Origin: Hyphochytrium catenoides
Taxonomy: Eukaryota > Protista > Hyphochytriomycota
Direction of reading: 5' to 3'
NCBI GenBank assembly: GCA_900088475.1
Contig: FLMG01001065.1
Coordinates: 1 to 64,000, forward strand
Length of the DNA: 64,000 nucleotides
Notes under the pieces: generated by a model
The model's input: the letters and a program-made list of their open reading frames with translations, nothing else
Told to the model about the DNA's origin: nothing
Databases searched by the model: none
Program-made: the position numbers and the translations under genes
In this document: positions 1-12,870 of the stretch, piece after piece
How the letters are laid out: every line of letters starts with the position of its first letter
Position numbering within the stretch: position 1 is the stretch's first letter

Positions 1-536
1 CTCTCTCTCTCTCTCTCTTTCTTTGCCCTCTCTCTCTCTCCTTATGTCCTCTCGCTCTCTCTTTCATCTTTCATGTGCAGAAGATGCTGTTGCTTTTGCT
101 CTGTCTCTCCCATTTTCTGCTGCACTTCCTTTCTCTCTTTAGGTTTCTTTCTTTCTTATCATTCCTGCTCCTCCTAGTCCCCTTCCTCATCCCTTTCGTC
201 CCCAGTCGGAGTACTAGTTTTCTCTCTCCTTTCTCTCCCCCCTTGTCGATCCTTTCTACTCTATTCTCTCTCGCTTTCTCTCTACTCTGCTCTCGCTAAC
301 CTCTTGTTCTCGCTCTTTGATCTCTTTATGCTCTCTCCTACCTCCTATCTTTCACCCCTCCTTACCATCTTCTCGCCCCTCCTTCCGCCGTATTATATTC
401 CCCCGCCCCCCTTCTCTCTCTCTCNNNNNNNNNNNNNNNNNNNNNNNNNNNNNNNNNNNNNCTCCCTCTCTCTCTCTCTCTCTCTCTCTCTTCCCTCCCT
501 CCCTTCTGCTCTTTGTCTCCTCTTTCTTCCGAAAAG

Positions 537-628
537 AGCGACATGGTATAAAGGACAGACTGGGCTGTAAGTCTTGGCAGTGGTACCTCGACAATATCTA
601 CCCAGATTTTGATGGCTATCCTAAGTAA
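537..628 (+). CDS. Terminal exon of a polypeptide N-acetylgalactosaminyltransferase (GT27)-like gene; upstream exons not identified, probably outside the window
   Basis: After a pyrimidine tract and AG the frame reads ERHGIKDRLGCKSWQWYLDNIYPDFDGYPK*. This matches the L-x-C-K-S-F-x-W-Y-L-x-N-(V/I)-Y-P motif ending the GALNT catalytic domain. Only about 30 codons are visible. Confidence 0.6.
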
Positions 629-1103
629 TAGACTAAGCAATAAGCACCGCAGACAGAGAGAGAGAGAGAGAGAGAGAAAGAGAACTTCTCCCCTGCTGAT
701 AGACGGCAGCGGAAGGCGTATCTCCACAGAACTTTGCTTTATCTTTTCTTATGGCCACTGTCTCTTTCTTTCTCTGAATCCCACTGAGACTAATCTACTT
801 TGTTACACGGTGACTCTTAGTCTGCTATCCTCCTCGTCTCTCTCGTTCTCTCCCTTGCTTTGCTCTTACCATCATCTTTCTCTCTCCCTTCCTGCTTTTC
901 TCTCCTCTCTGAATTCTCTCCCTTTCGCCTTTTTGTGCGAGAGAGAGAGAGAGAGAGGATCCTTTCCCCGACGGTGGTAGTTCTATGAGAGATAGACGAT
1001 CATGAAAAAGAGGGCAGAGAAAGAGTGTAAGAGAGACAGACGATCATGTGGATTGACGGTTTAAGGTGTCTCCCTCATCGCACATCCCTCGCATGTTCAA
1101 GGT

Positions 1104-1144
<41 letters not shown>

Positions 1145-1339
1145 TTCTCTTGGAAGCAGCCGTTTCACCTGTTCTCCTTCGTCAGCACCGTCCTCTTCTT
1201 GTCGCATTTCACAGCAGAGGCTTGATCGTCTGGACATACCATAAGAGAGCAACCATTGCTCTCCTGCCTTGAAATTGTCGCTTTAGGTATGAGACAAAGT
1301 ATCAAGCGATCGGTTTCCTTCGAAAAGTCGTGCGTTCTT

Positions 1340-1393
<54 letters not shown>

Positions 1394-1877
1394 TTACTCT
1401 TCTCTCTCTCTCCCTCTCTCCATCCCCCTCATACCTTGGTTCTTTTTCCTCTTTCTGAATGAGCTGTGAAAAAGGAGAGAGAGAGAGAGAGAGACGAGGA
1501 GTGAAGAAGTGAGAGAGAGAGAAAGAGCTTCTCCGGAGGAAGCAGCATCTCACCACTCCTTCCCCTAATAAGAAAGAAGGAAATTTGCCCTTTCCTTGTC
1601 TGCATCAGCAACAAGTTTGCAAGCGAAGCATCATCTTGATTTCCCTTTTGCAGTTTTTTTGCTTTCTTCCATGTCTCTCTCATCGTAATCATCTCTCTCT
1701 CCCCTCCACACTCTTTCTCTGTCTCTCTCTTTCTCCCGCTCTCTCTTCTCTCTCTCTCTCTCTCTCTCGAAGAGTAAATGGGAGGCCAATAGACAGCACC
1801 CTAGCTCGCTGCCAATACCAAGAGAAAGATAGGAGAAGGCAACATTGAGAATTAGAAGAAGACAGAGCAACAGAAAA

Positions 1878-1921
<44 letters not shown>

Positions 1922-2179
1922 TGGTACTACGAAGACTGCTGCCGGGAGACAATGGCTCCACTCATCATTAAGCGGCCTCCATCCTGGGTGACCAGCAGAG
2001 GACAAAAGCAAAAGAGAGAAAGGAAACAGACGCAACGGATTAGGAAAGAGACTGAAGAGGAGAAGATTTGAGGAGAAAGAGAAAAGAGAGAGAGAAGATG
2101 ACTTGCGAGAGCTAGTTAATCCAAGCTCAAAAAGAGAGACAAAGTGAGAGAGAAAGAGAGAGAGAGAGAGAAAGAGACA

Positions 2180-2538
2180 ATGGAGTCCTTTAGCTTCTGG
2201 GACTCCTCCTCCTCTTCCTCCTCCTCCTCCTCTTCCTTCTCCGCTAGTGAAGCCGGAGAGAGAGAGCCGTCTGCCTTGTCTCCCTTTCTTCGAGCGCATT
2301 CTCCCGCTTTCTGTCTCTTTCTCACTATCTCTTCTTTCTCTTTCTCTCTGCCTTCTCTCTTTCTCTTGGTGTGGAGAAGAAAGACTTTTCCTCTCTCTCT
2401 CTTGGATGTCCGCGCTCTCTTCCTTATGGAACTCACGATTCCCTTCCAAGTCTGGGGATACACCGCTTATTACTTTATGGCGGACTCCACCCCATGCTGG
2501 TACATCATCTCCTCTCTCTCTCTGTCTCTATACTCTTT

Positions 2539-2592
<54 letters not shown>

Positions 2593-5293
2593 TCACTCAC
2601 TCTCTCTCTTCTCTACCCCTCTCTTCCCTCTCTCTCTCTCTCTTCTTCTCTCTCTCGCACTCTCGCTCAATAAACCTACTCCATCTTTGTCGGTCTTTGT
2701 CTCTCTTTCTCTGTCTTTGTCTCTCTTTCTCTCTCTTCCTTCGCCAGCACTTCATCCCTTTCTCTCTCCACTTATTTACCTTCTGCTCTCTCTCTCTCTC
2801 TCTTCGACTCTCTCGTCTCCTTGTTCGCCCTCTTTTCTTTTCTTTTCCGATCTTGTTGCTATACATCCTGCTTTCTCTTTCTTTCTCTTGTTGTGATCTC
2901 TCTTCTCTTTTCTCTCTTCTGGGACAAACAGTCACTCTTTCTCTCCACATTTTCCCTTCTGTCTGCTTGACCGGCCTAACACTCGCACACTCTCTTTCTC
3001 TCTCCTCTTTCTGTCTCCTCTTTCCCTTCTCTCTTGTTCCCCTCTCTCTCTCTCTTTCTCTTTCTTTATCTCTCTCTCTTATTTATTGTCTCTCTCTTTG
3101 TCTTTCTACCTTTCTCTCTCTTACTCTCTCCCTCTTTCTTCTTCTTCCTCTTCTTCCTCTTCTCCTTATATGATCTCTCTTTTAGGTTTGTCTTTCTCTT
3201 CTGGGACGCGATCTATTTTCCTGTTACTTTCCTGCTTGTCTACTGCACAGTCAAGCTCTGGATCGACTCGCATTGTCAGCAGGAGAAAGCCAGAATGGAA
3301 GAAGAGAGAAGGAAGAGGGAGAGACAACAAGGGAAAGAGAGAGAAGAAGAAAAGAGAGAGGAAGAAGGAGAAAACAAGGACCAGAAGCGGGGAGGAAGGA
3401 AAAGATTAGAAAGCGGCAATTCTTCCAGCATTTCCGCACTCTTTTCAGGGATTCTCTCCTCTTTCTTCTCTCTCTTTCTCTCTTTTCTGTCCCTTCTTTC
3501 TCCCTCTCTTTCTCTCTCTCTCTCTTCTTTCTCTCTACCTTCTTTTCTCTTCCGTCACCGAAAGACTCTACAAAGTCCGTGGCTCGTTTTCCCTCTCGCG
3601 TTAGTTGTTTGGGGAGAGAGTTGGATGGGTGTTCTTCCTTCTCTCTCTGTCGTGAAAGACTGGACCGTTCCTTATTCAAACTATGAAGAATGTGAGCAGA
3701 CAGAACTTGGGGTGAGACAATCTCTCTCTCTCTCTCCCTCTCTCTATCTCCTCTTTCTCCCTCTCTCTCTAACTCTTTCTCTCTCTATTGTCCACTCTGT
3801 TATGTTTTCCGTCATTTCTTTTCCTATCTTTGTTCTCTCTCCTTGATCTCTCTCGCGTCCCTGCAGCTTTGGTCTCTTTCTCTTGGTTCTGTCTCCTTCT
3901 CTTTCGTCCCGCCTTTCCGTCCTCTGTGTACTCTTCCTTTCTTTCTTTAGCTTCTCTTTCTTTCCTCTTGAAACCCATGTCGTTCCCCTTTGTTAGTTCT
4001 CTCTCTCCTTTTCCCTTCTTTCTCTTTCTTCTTTTGTCTCCTAGTCTTCGCGTCTATATAACTCTCTGACCCTCCTCTCATTGCCTGCCTCTCTCTCTCT
4101 CTCTCTCTCTTTTTTTCCTTCCCTCTCTCTTTCTCTGTTGCCCCTAGTACACCTTCGACCAAGCCAACGCCGTCATTTATCAAGCTCTCTGGCTTCTCTC
4201 TCCTCTTCTCTTTCTCCCACAAATCAAAGAGTCTTTCCAAATGAAGAAGAGACTCTGTCTCGCATCTCTCTCTATGGCTTTAACGGCTTCTTACGCCTTT
4301 GTCCCTTCCTCTCTCGAAGAGAGAGACCCAGAACTCTATGAAAATGCCTTGGAAATTTCTTCTCTCATTGGCGCGGTTGGTTTGCATCTCTACACTTTCT
4401 CTCTCTCTCTCTCTCTCATTCTCTCTTCTTTCGCTAATGAATGGAATGTCTCTGCGCCTTCCGCGAAGAAGAGAGCAAACATTCAAAAGCATGAGAGAGA
4501 AGAAGAAGCAGGGAAAGAAGCAGAGAGAGGAGGAAAGAAAGGCACCAAGGAAAAAGGGGAGAAGAAAAAGAAAATTCTTGTCTCTCCTTTCCCTTCCTCT
4601 CTCTCTCCTCCTCCTGAAGAGAAACAGTCTGACGAGGAGAAGAAAGGAGAGAAGAAGAAAGAGAGCGACGGTACACTAGAAGACAGAAGGAGAAACCAGC
4701 AGAGAGACAACGAAGACAGAGAAAGAGAGACTCCAGACGAGGAGAAGAGAACAAGAGAAAGAAAAAAGAGAGACGAAGAAGAAGAAAGAGACGACTTTCC
4801 TCTTCTCACTTCCACAGAGGAACTGAAGAGTTTCCTATGGAGAGCTTCCCGGGAGCAGAGAGAGACTTTTCAGTCTTTCCTCGTCTCGGAATTTTGCGTG
4901 GAGAACATCATTTATTATGAAAAGTCTATGGAGTTTAAGAATATCGGAAAAGGAGAGAGAGAGAGAAAAGAAGAGACGGGGAGAGAGAGAGAGAAAGAGA
5001 GTGGCGAGGGAAGAGGGGAAGAAGAGGACTTGAAGAAGGTGGAGGAAGACGAAGAAGAGAAGGCGAAGCAGAGACGACTTCTCCTTTCTCAAGAAATGCT
5101 CTCTCTCTTCATAGTTCCCGGTGTCTCCCTGGAGATAAACATTAGCACAGAAATGCGAGAGACACTTCTCTCTTCCTCGGAAAGAGAGAGAGAGAGAGAA
5201 ACCTGTTGGGACGCCGCGGATGAGGAACTTCTCAAGTTGATGCTGGATCCCTATATGCGGTTCGTGATGAAGAGAGAGAGACGGAAGAAATGA
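2180..5293 (+). CDS. 7TM-RGS protein (GPCR-like 7TM domain fused to a regulator of G-protein signalling domain), copy A
   Basis: Exons 2180-2499, 3186-3711 and 4148-5293, all GT-AG and frame-consistent. Hydrophobic segments are followed by RGS motifs FQSFLVSEFCVENIIYY, FIVPGVSLEINIS and WDAADEELLKLMLDPYMRF. Collinear with the paralog at 33897-36544. Confidence 0.8.
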
Positions 5294-5850
5294 AGGGAAC
5301 TAACGGGAAAGAGATATGGCAACAATGAGAGAGAAGAGAGAGAGAGATGGCAAGAGAGAAACAATTAAGCATAGAAAACCTTAATATAGACATACAAAGA
5401 GTTTGTTTGACTTGACAAAGAGGGAGAGCCAGAGAGAGAGAGAGTATTCTATTGCTGCACCAGAATTGACAATTTGCTGCAGGAAATGAGAGAGAGAGAG
5501 AAACGAAGCGGGAAGCGTACGCATGCAAGAGCTTATTTGTCTTCTTCTTTGAGACTCGCCCTACTGTCTCCATACTTAATTTTTTCTCTCTCTCTCTCCC
5601 TCTCTCTCTTTTTTTTTCTCTCTCTCTCTCTATATATCCCTCCCTTGTCTCTTTCGTTTTGGCCACTTGGTACTCCTCCTGTCACTGGTCTTTCGCAGAG
5701 AAAAGAAAGACTAGGAGAGAAACATTGTACGAAAGGAAAGGGAAGGCAAGGATAGCTTGAGAATAGTGAGAACGGGAAAGAGAGAAAGAGATCTAAAGAA
5801 AGAGAGAGAGTAAATGGCGAAGGGGTCCTGGGATCGATCTTATCAAAGCA

Positions 5851-8368
5851 CTACGAGAGAGGAGAGTCATACCCTTCTCCTATTTTTAGAGTTTCTCCTC
5901 CCAGGACAATGTCCACCTCATCTCTTGAACTTCCTTTCTCTCTCTCTCTCTCTTCCTCTCTTTTCCCTTCTCTCTCTTCATAGTACTGTGGGTCTTGGTC
6001 TCTGAGAGTAGATGACGATAAAAGAGAGAAAGACCGTGATCTTCGGCCTCTCAAACGTCCGCCCTGTTCCTCTTCTTCACCTTGCCTTGCTCTCTCGTTT
6101 CTTTCTCTCTCTTTCCCTCCTACCATCATTCCGTCTTCTCGCTCTCTTCCTGGAGAAGAGGAAAGATGGCGCCGGGGAGGTGACTGCTGGGAAGAAGAAG
6201 AACGAGAGAGAGAACGGCGGTGTCTCTTCTCTCTTTCCTCTCCTCCTGCTGGAACTGACTCTCCCTCAAACGCTACAGGCTTCTGCTGCTCAGAATTTCC
6301 GAGGGTCCTGGCCCGCTAATGGCGATGGTGTCAGTTAAATGGAAAGAGAGGAAGAGAGAGAGAGAGCGAAAAGAGAGAAAAGGAATCTTTCCTGAATGAG
6401 AAATAAGATAGTGAGCACAGCAAATTGCGAAGAAGACAGAGAGAAAGGGTCAAGCAAGAGAGACAGGGAAACGGAGAGAAAGAGATAGAATAAAGGAAGA
6501 GGAAGGGAGAGACCATGAGAGAGAGAGGGACAGAGAGAGAGAAAGAGGGAAAACCGTTGACTTCTTACCTGTCTAGAGGAAGCTCTTCTTAGGGCCACTG
6601 GAGAATCAGAAAGAGAAAGAGAGGCCCTAGGCGCATCTTCCCGTAGGGCGTCTCTCTCTTCCTTCTGCTGCGGTGATTGAGAGGAGAGAGAAAGAGAGTA
6701 TGGTGCTCTTTCCTCTCCTCTCGCCTGTGGCTTGCGTTGCCGAAGGGAGAGAGACTTTTCTGGGGTCGAGGAGAGAAAGGCAGAGTTTGAATTTGAGGAG
6801 AGAAGAAGAGCGGCGTTTCTTAAGTCAATCTTAGAGGTTTCCGCCAATGCTTCGGAGAGAAGCTTGTGAATCCACTGAAGCTTGATGTTGGCGTCGGCAA
6901 CTAAGAGAGAGAATAAGAGAAAGAGTATCAGCGGGGAGAGAAAAGAAAGAGAGACGAGTCAACTCTTTGCCGAAAAACGAAGAGACATCAGGCATTCCCG
7001 AGAGACATAGAAGAGAGCAGAATAAGAAAGGGAAGAGACAGAAAAAAGTCGTTGCTGAATGACAGAAAAAGCTTTGAGGAGAGAAGGAGAGAAAAGCTTA
7101 CCAGCCTGAGACTCTCTTGCATTTATTGCTGGCTCCCTTGCGTTATTGCTCGCCACTGAGTAATCCATAACCTTTGGCTCCTTCAAAGGCAAGCCCTGCA
7201 CCTCTGTATGTTCTTCTAGCTCCAGGCGGAAGAAGGTCATTAGAAAGCCGAAGATGGACTTGCAGACGAGATCGAGGAAGGCGTGGATAATATAATACGC
7301 CTGCCTGCTGATGTGCCCTGAGCCCTGCCAGGAGAAGATAAAGAGGAGAGGGAACAGTGGCCAGAAGCCAAAGAAGACCTGCAGAAAAAGAAATGAAAGA
7401 GTGGTTAGAGCGCTGCACCTATCTCCATGATGAGGAAGAGAAGAAGGAGGATCAGGGAAGGGTAGAGATAATCTTAGAGAAGACTGTGGAAAGAGAAAGA
7501 GAAAGAGGACAATAAAAGAGGAAGGTCTCCCTGCGGAAGAGAAGGCAGCTAGTATAAATCTCTGAACAAAGAACAAGAGAAACAACGCGATTAGGCTTGC
7601 CAAGTGGTAAGAAGAAAAGAATAGATGAATGAGGAAAAGAAGGAGAGAGAAGAAGATTACATCTTGAAGAGAGACAGAGATAAGTGAAAGGAGAAGGAAG
7701 CGTTTCTTCTCGAGGACGAAACGATGAGACCACATCAGAAGGCATATCCATGCATCCTGGAAGCCGCCTCAAGCCATTGTTCCACGTACCACGCACGCCC
7801 AAAACAGCAACCTTTGGCACTTGGGCGGGTACACCTGGTACCTCTTCTTGACGTCTCTTATGAGAAAGAGAGATAGCGGAATGAACCAGCAGCAGCCCAG
7901 CGCATAGTAGGCAAACCGAAAGGCTGAAGGCGTGGCAAAGGCCGCGACGGCGCACCACAGAGCAACAAAGACAGCAATGGAATAGCGCAGCTTTTGCGGT
8001 ATGTCCAGCGTGAAGGCAAAGTCTACGATCAGCAAGGGACAGGTGAAGACATAGTCTAAGTACCAGTACCAGTTGAGAGAGAAAGGCGTGCCGCCGCCGT
8101 CGAAGAAGTCAAAGCTCTTCGCGGCGTACATTGTTCCGCATAAGAGGCAAACAATCCCTGATATTGAGTTCACTTCCGGAGCGCGGCCGGACTTGTAGGG
8201 CTTACACGAGTATCCCATCCCGAGGTCGAGACGGTAGAGCATCCAGATTCCAGATCCAGCGATGGCGATAGCAGAGATGGCGCAGATGCTGCCCAGCAGC
8301 GGATAATCCATGTCATTGACGCTGCCCCTGGGCCATCCCTCAGGTGGGCGAGAGTCATAGAACGGCAT
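5851..8368 (-). CDS. KCR2: Potassium-selective (kalium) channelrhodopsin 2, BCCR-type microbial rhodopsin with a long C-terminal tail (~550 aa)
   Basis: Exons 8368-7790, 7378-7102, 6900-6569 and 6315-5851 (GT-AG, phases 0/1/0). The 7TM domain MPFYDSRPPEGWPRGSVND...NWYWYLDYVFTCPLLIVD...AYYIIHAFLDLVCKSIFG carries W102, D105, T109, C110, D116, A136, A140, Y222, D229 and Schiff-base K233. It matches HcKCR2 as I recall it. Confidence 0.95.
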
Positions 8369-8937
8369 CCTTCTCTCTCTTTCTTTCTCTCTCACACGAT
8401 CTCTCTCTGTCGCCTCCTTTTTCTATCTTTTTATTCCCTTGTTGTTGCTTTATATTTCTTCAATGCGTCGCGAAATGTGGATTGGTTGAGAGAGAGGAAA
8501 GGCGAAGGAGGATATGACAGAGGCTCAATGACGGCAGGTCTCTCCTTGTTACTTTTCGTCCACCGTCTTCTTCCGCCTGCGTCTGCCAGTCACTCTTACC
8601 AGGACCGACCGACCAGCAAGAAGAACAGAAAAGGAGATACTACTGATAAAGAGCTAGAGTATTATCATAAGCTCGTCTTCCGCTTGACTTGGGAATTGAG
8701 TTCTAATGAAGCGTCGGATGATGAGGCTCTGGCAAGAGCAGCAGCTGGCCACAGCGCAAGAAAGAAGCGAGAAACAAAGAAGAGAGAGAAGGGGATCAGA
8801 AGAGGGAAATTGAGAATTAGAACCATATTCGAAGATTGAAGTAGTGGAGATGACCAGTTCTGAATGATCTGCAGATCAAAAGGAGAGAGAAGAGGGATGG
8901 GAAGCGAGAGAGAAAGAGAAGTGAGGAGGCAGAAAGA

Positions 8938-9270
8938 GGAAAAGAGATAGAGAAAGAGATAAGAATGAAGAGAGAAAGAGGGCGCGGAGGAGAAGAAAAA
9001 GAAGAAGAAGAAGAGAGAGAGAGAGAGAGACAGAGAGCTAGAGAGAGAGAGCAAGGGGAAAAGAAGAGAGAGGAAAAGTGAGAGAGAAGAAAAGTGAGAG
9101 AGAGGAAAAGAGATAGAGAAAGAGATAAGAATGAAGAGAGAAAGAGGGCGCGGAGGAGAAGAAGAAAAAGAAGAAGAGAGAGAGACAGAGAGACAGAGAG
9201 CTAGAGAGAGAGAGCAAGGGGAAAAGAAGAGAGAGGAAAAGTGAGAGAGGAGAAAAGTGAGAGAGAGGAA
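8938..9270. repeat. Tandem duplication of a ~165-bp AG-rich unit upstream of KCR2
   Basis: The segment GAAAAGAGATAGAGAAAGAGATAAGAATGAAGAGAGAAAGAGGGCGCGGAGGAG...GAGCTAGAGAGAGAGAGCAAGGGGAAAAG occurs twice in tandem. Confidence 0.75.
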
Positions 9271-9331
9271 AAGAGAGAGGAACCAGAGAGGAAAAGTGAG
9301 AGAGAGGAAACGAGAGAGGAAAAGAGAGAGG

Positions 9332-9372
<41 letters not shown>

Positions 9373-10419
9373 GATGTATCACACTCATATCGGTCACTGG
9401 TTGAATGACAGTATTATATTACTTAATTAGGGGAGTTACAGGCGCAGAGACCATGTCAGAAGACTCATTGCATTGAACAACAAGGATGGGCCTTCGGGCG
9501 TAACTGCTCCATCGCCTTCATAGCATGTGTGTGTGTATGTCCATACGATATCGCACCGAGGCCGAGACTACTTGTAAGTGGACTTATATGGCACGTACAA
9601 CTACCAAATGCCAGTCATTTGTACTTACAATTGCTAGTGCCGGGTAAAACAGTACTTGTACTTGTAGTAATCACCACACACACCTAGAACTACCGCGTAC
9701 CTTAGAAGTTCTACCATCGTCTCTAGGTCTGCAACGAGGCTGGTCAATATATTCTCTGAAAAGCTCCGGCCAACCGCGAAGTGTCCGTACTAGTTAGTAG
9801 TGCATCTATTTTTAGAACGACGCGTGCGTAGGAGACTGTAAGATTTGGCAATCGGCTGATTTCACATACGTAAGGGCGGTTGGTGAAGGAGTGATAGTTC
9901 TCGAGATCGTAGAACGATTGGAAAGTCGTCCAGGCTACCCTACTGGCCATTTATAGAACTAAAACTTTCTCTAATAAAAGTATTGAATTTTGTTATACCC
10001 CTGTCTTTATACGAGTGCCCGCACATGCCTCTACAAGGTGCTTTCTTTGTACTACTGTTTTACCACTTATTACCACTTTTATGTGGTAGTTCTACTCTTC
10101 ATTGCATGGCTCTTGACTCTTCACCCGACAGCACGTAATTTTGGTGTTGGTTCTCGGCACTTATGATACCGTGGGACTCTCACTATGTATATGGCTGTAT
10201 TATGGATCAATGGGGCGCCTGACATTTGTTGTTGACTGCTGGCACCTAGTGCCAAGAACTCTGACTAAGATGGACGCCACAAAGCCTCATCTCTGTGGCA
10301 GTTTAGAGGCCTGTCAAAGCAAGAAAGGTACGACCGTAATCGTATCCGCTTCTCTTTCTGAAAATAGCGACAATGTGTTTTCCTGGCTCTCCATGCCCCT
10401 GTCGCGACCCCTTGGTCGC

Positions 10420-12870
10420 TTCTTCCTCCTCAACCTGATCTCCTCCACACTCATCATCAGTGAAGGAAGAATCATAATTGATCTCTTCAGTAATAACATG
10501 GGGAGAAGGAGGAGGAGGAGGAGGTGAATCATTATCAATCACAATGTCATCATCAGCAACTTCAAACGCCGCTTGTTATTTATAAGTAACAGGCCCCGCT
10601 GTCGTGTGGGCCCTTGGCCGCCTTTTCTTCTTCCGTCTTTAACCATTTGAAAATGATTGTTTCGAGAATGCCACCTTCTGCGCCCTTCCTTGCCGCCTTC
10701 CATGATTATACTCCCCTCTCTTCTTCTGCACTCTTTCCTGCTTCTTCTTCCTCCCTTGCTCCTGCCGCTGCTCCTGCTTCTGACAACACCCCCTTGGCTG
10801 CTGGCCGTGAACAGGATCAAGATTTCCTTCTTCCTCTCTCGCATTATTCGGTGGTGCGTCCTTCGGTCAATGATGCCCGGCGGGCCCGTGGTGGGGGCCG
10901 AGTGAGGTCCTAGCTTCCCTGCTCTTCTCTTCTCTTTGGCCTATTTGGCTCTTTCTCCATTCTCTTTTGTTGCTTCGTAGTACATATTTGCATCTCTTCA
11001 TCTTCTTCAAAAAGTAGTCGATTATACACGCCTTACTAATTTCTGAAAATATCATTTTTGCTTTTGTACGGCCAGGCAAAGTTGCTGACCGCTAGAGGTC
11101 TTATTTGCCGGAGAAGCCGCCGTTCGTTACAACTCTCAGTCAGAGATTTCCAGATTGATGACAGAGACTCTGGATTGATATTTAGAGCTTCAATAGATTG
11201 AGATTTCTGACGAATAAAGACCTTGAACTCGGAATCTAGCGGGGCTTGCACGAAGGGAACTAAGCGCAAGCTTACATGGTACAACGAATGATTCTTCCTT
11301 TACTGATGATGAGTGTGGAGGAGATCAGGTTGAGGAGGAAGAGACCAAGGCATTGTAGCTTTCCTGGTTTCTTTTCTTCTTCCATTTTTTCTTCTTCTTC
11401 TTCTTCTTTTTCTCGATCCTCCTCTTCTTCTCCATCCTCTTCTTCTTCTGCTTTCTTCATCTTCTACTTCTTCTTTTACTCTTTAGCTAAAAAATCGTCT
11501 CCTCTTCATTTCTCTTCTCCTTCTTCTCCTTTTCCTCCTCCTCCTCCTTCTTCTGCTATAAAACCCCTCGTCTCGTCCCCAGCTTGATCTGCTCCGCGCT
11601 TATCATCAGTAAAGGAAGAAGCATTGTTGATCTCCTCAGTTAATAGTAAGGGGAGAAGAAGGAGGCGAAAGAGGTGAACCAGCAACCACAACGTCCTCAT
11701 CATCAAGCTCGACCGCCGCGAGGCAAGCAAGAGAAGGTCTTTTATAAACGAGCGTGTTTTTATAAAGGCCGTGGCTAGTAGACTACTCCTTAAGAAAGGA
11801 GATAGAAAATACTACGAGCAAGAAGAGGAACAAGAGAGAAAAGTAATGGGATAGAAAGAGAAAAAAGAGGAGAGAAGCATCAGGGAGCATCAAGGGCGGC
11901 CGATGATCAGGGAGGATCGACAGGAAGCGGCGGGTGCTGCGGCGACACCGAGGAAGCGGGGAATTCATCATCATCCTCACCAATAATGCGAGAGAGAAAC
12001 ATCATCATGCTTGATCCTCCTTCCGAAGGACAACATGAGGAGAGATTATAGAAGTAGAGGCCGCCGTATCTTTTTGAGGAGAAGGAGGAGAAGGAAGAAA
12101 AGAAAGAGGAAGAAGAAGAGAGCGGAGAAGAATTGAAAACAGGGAGAAACGGCGGCAGAACGAACCAGCAGGGAAACAATCATTCGGGTCGCCTCCTCGT
12201 GCAACAGAGCCAGGGACCCGCTTGTCTGATCAGACGCTGTCTAAGGTACTGCACATCGCGTTGAGCTGTGACCTTTCGATCGGCTTTGGATGCGCAAATG
12301 GCTTGCAAAGGCCTCCGCCATTGGGACATTGGGACAAAGGCCGCCACACTGGCCGACCTTCCCTCCACCAAAAGACTCCCAAATCAGAGCAAAAAAGTCG
12401 ATGCGGCGGTGGGCATTGCAAACAGCCAAGATAGTTCTTTTCTTAGCCTGATGAGAATATTATCCAGACCGATCCGCTGCATAACGAAGGACATATTCTT
12501 ATCAGGCTAAGAAATGAGCTGAGCCTATAATCACTGTTGTTGGCCCAGTCATTTTCACTCGACGTCCATCTGGGCTCGCAATGATATCAACAGTGAACGC
12601 GGAAGATAGGTGGTTATTCTACTCTCCACGCTTCTCTCCTCTGTACCGAGCCTCACTTCGGATCTTTTACTTTAAGAAAGGTTGGACCTCGCTCTAGCTT
12701 GCATGATTGAGCGTGATGATGATGATGGTCTCGGCGCCACGGCGTCCTCTTCTTCTCCTCTTCCGTCTCCTATCATTATTGCGGAAGAGTTCAACTATGA
12801 CTCGTCTTCTTTCGGTTGATAATGAATGATGGTGGCTGGAGGAGAACGTGGTGAAGAGGAGTCGAGGACT
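10420..12870. repeat. Cluster of diverged copies of a dispersed ~130-bp repeat in both orientations between the KCR genes
   Basis: Copies lie at ~10420-10560, ~11288-11345 (inverted), ~11580-11710 and ~12715-12865 (inverted). A further related copy is at ~47020-47180. Confidence 0.6.

Noticed and set aside
12180-12520. Possible retrotransposon gag fragment
   Set aside because: Only a vague resemblance, with no diagnostic motif.
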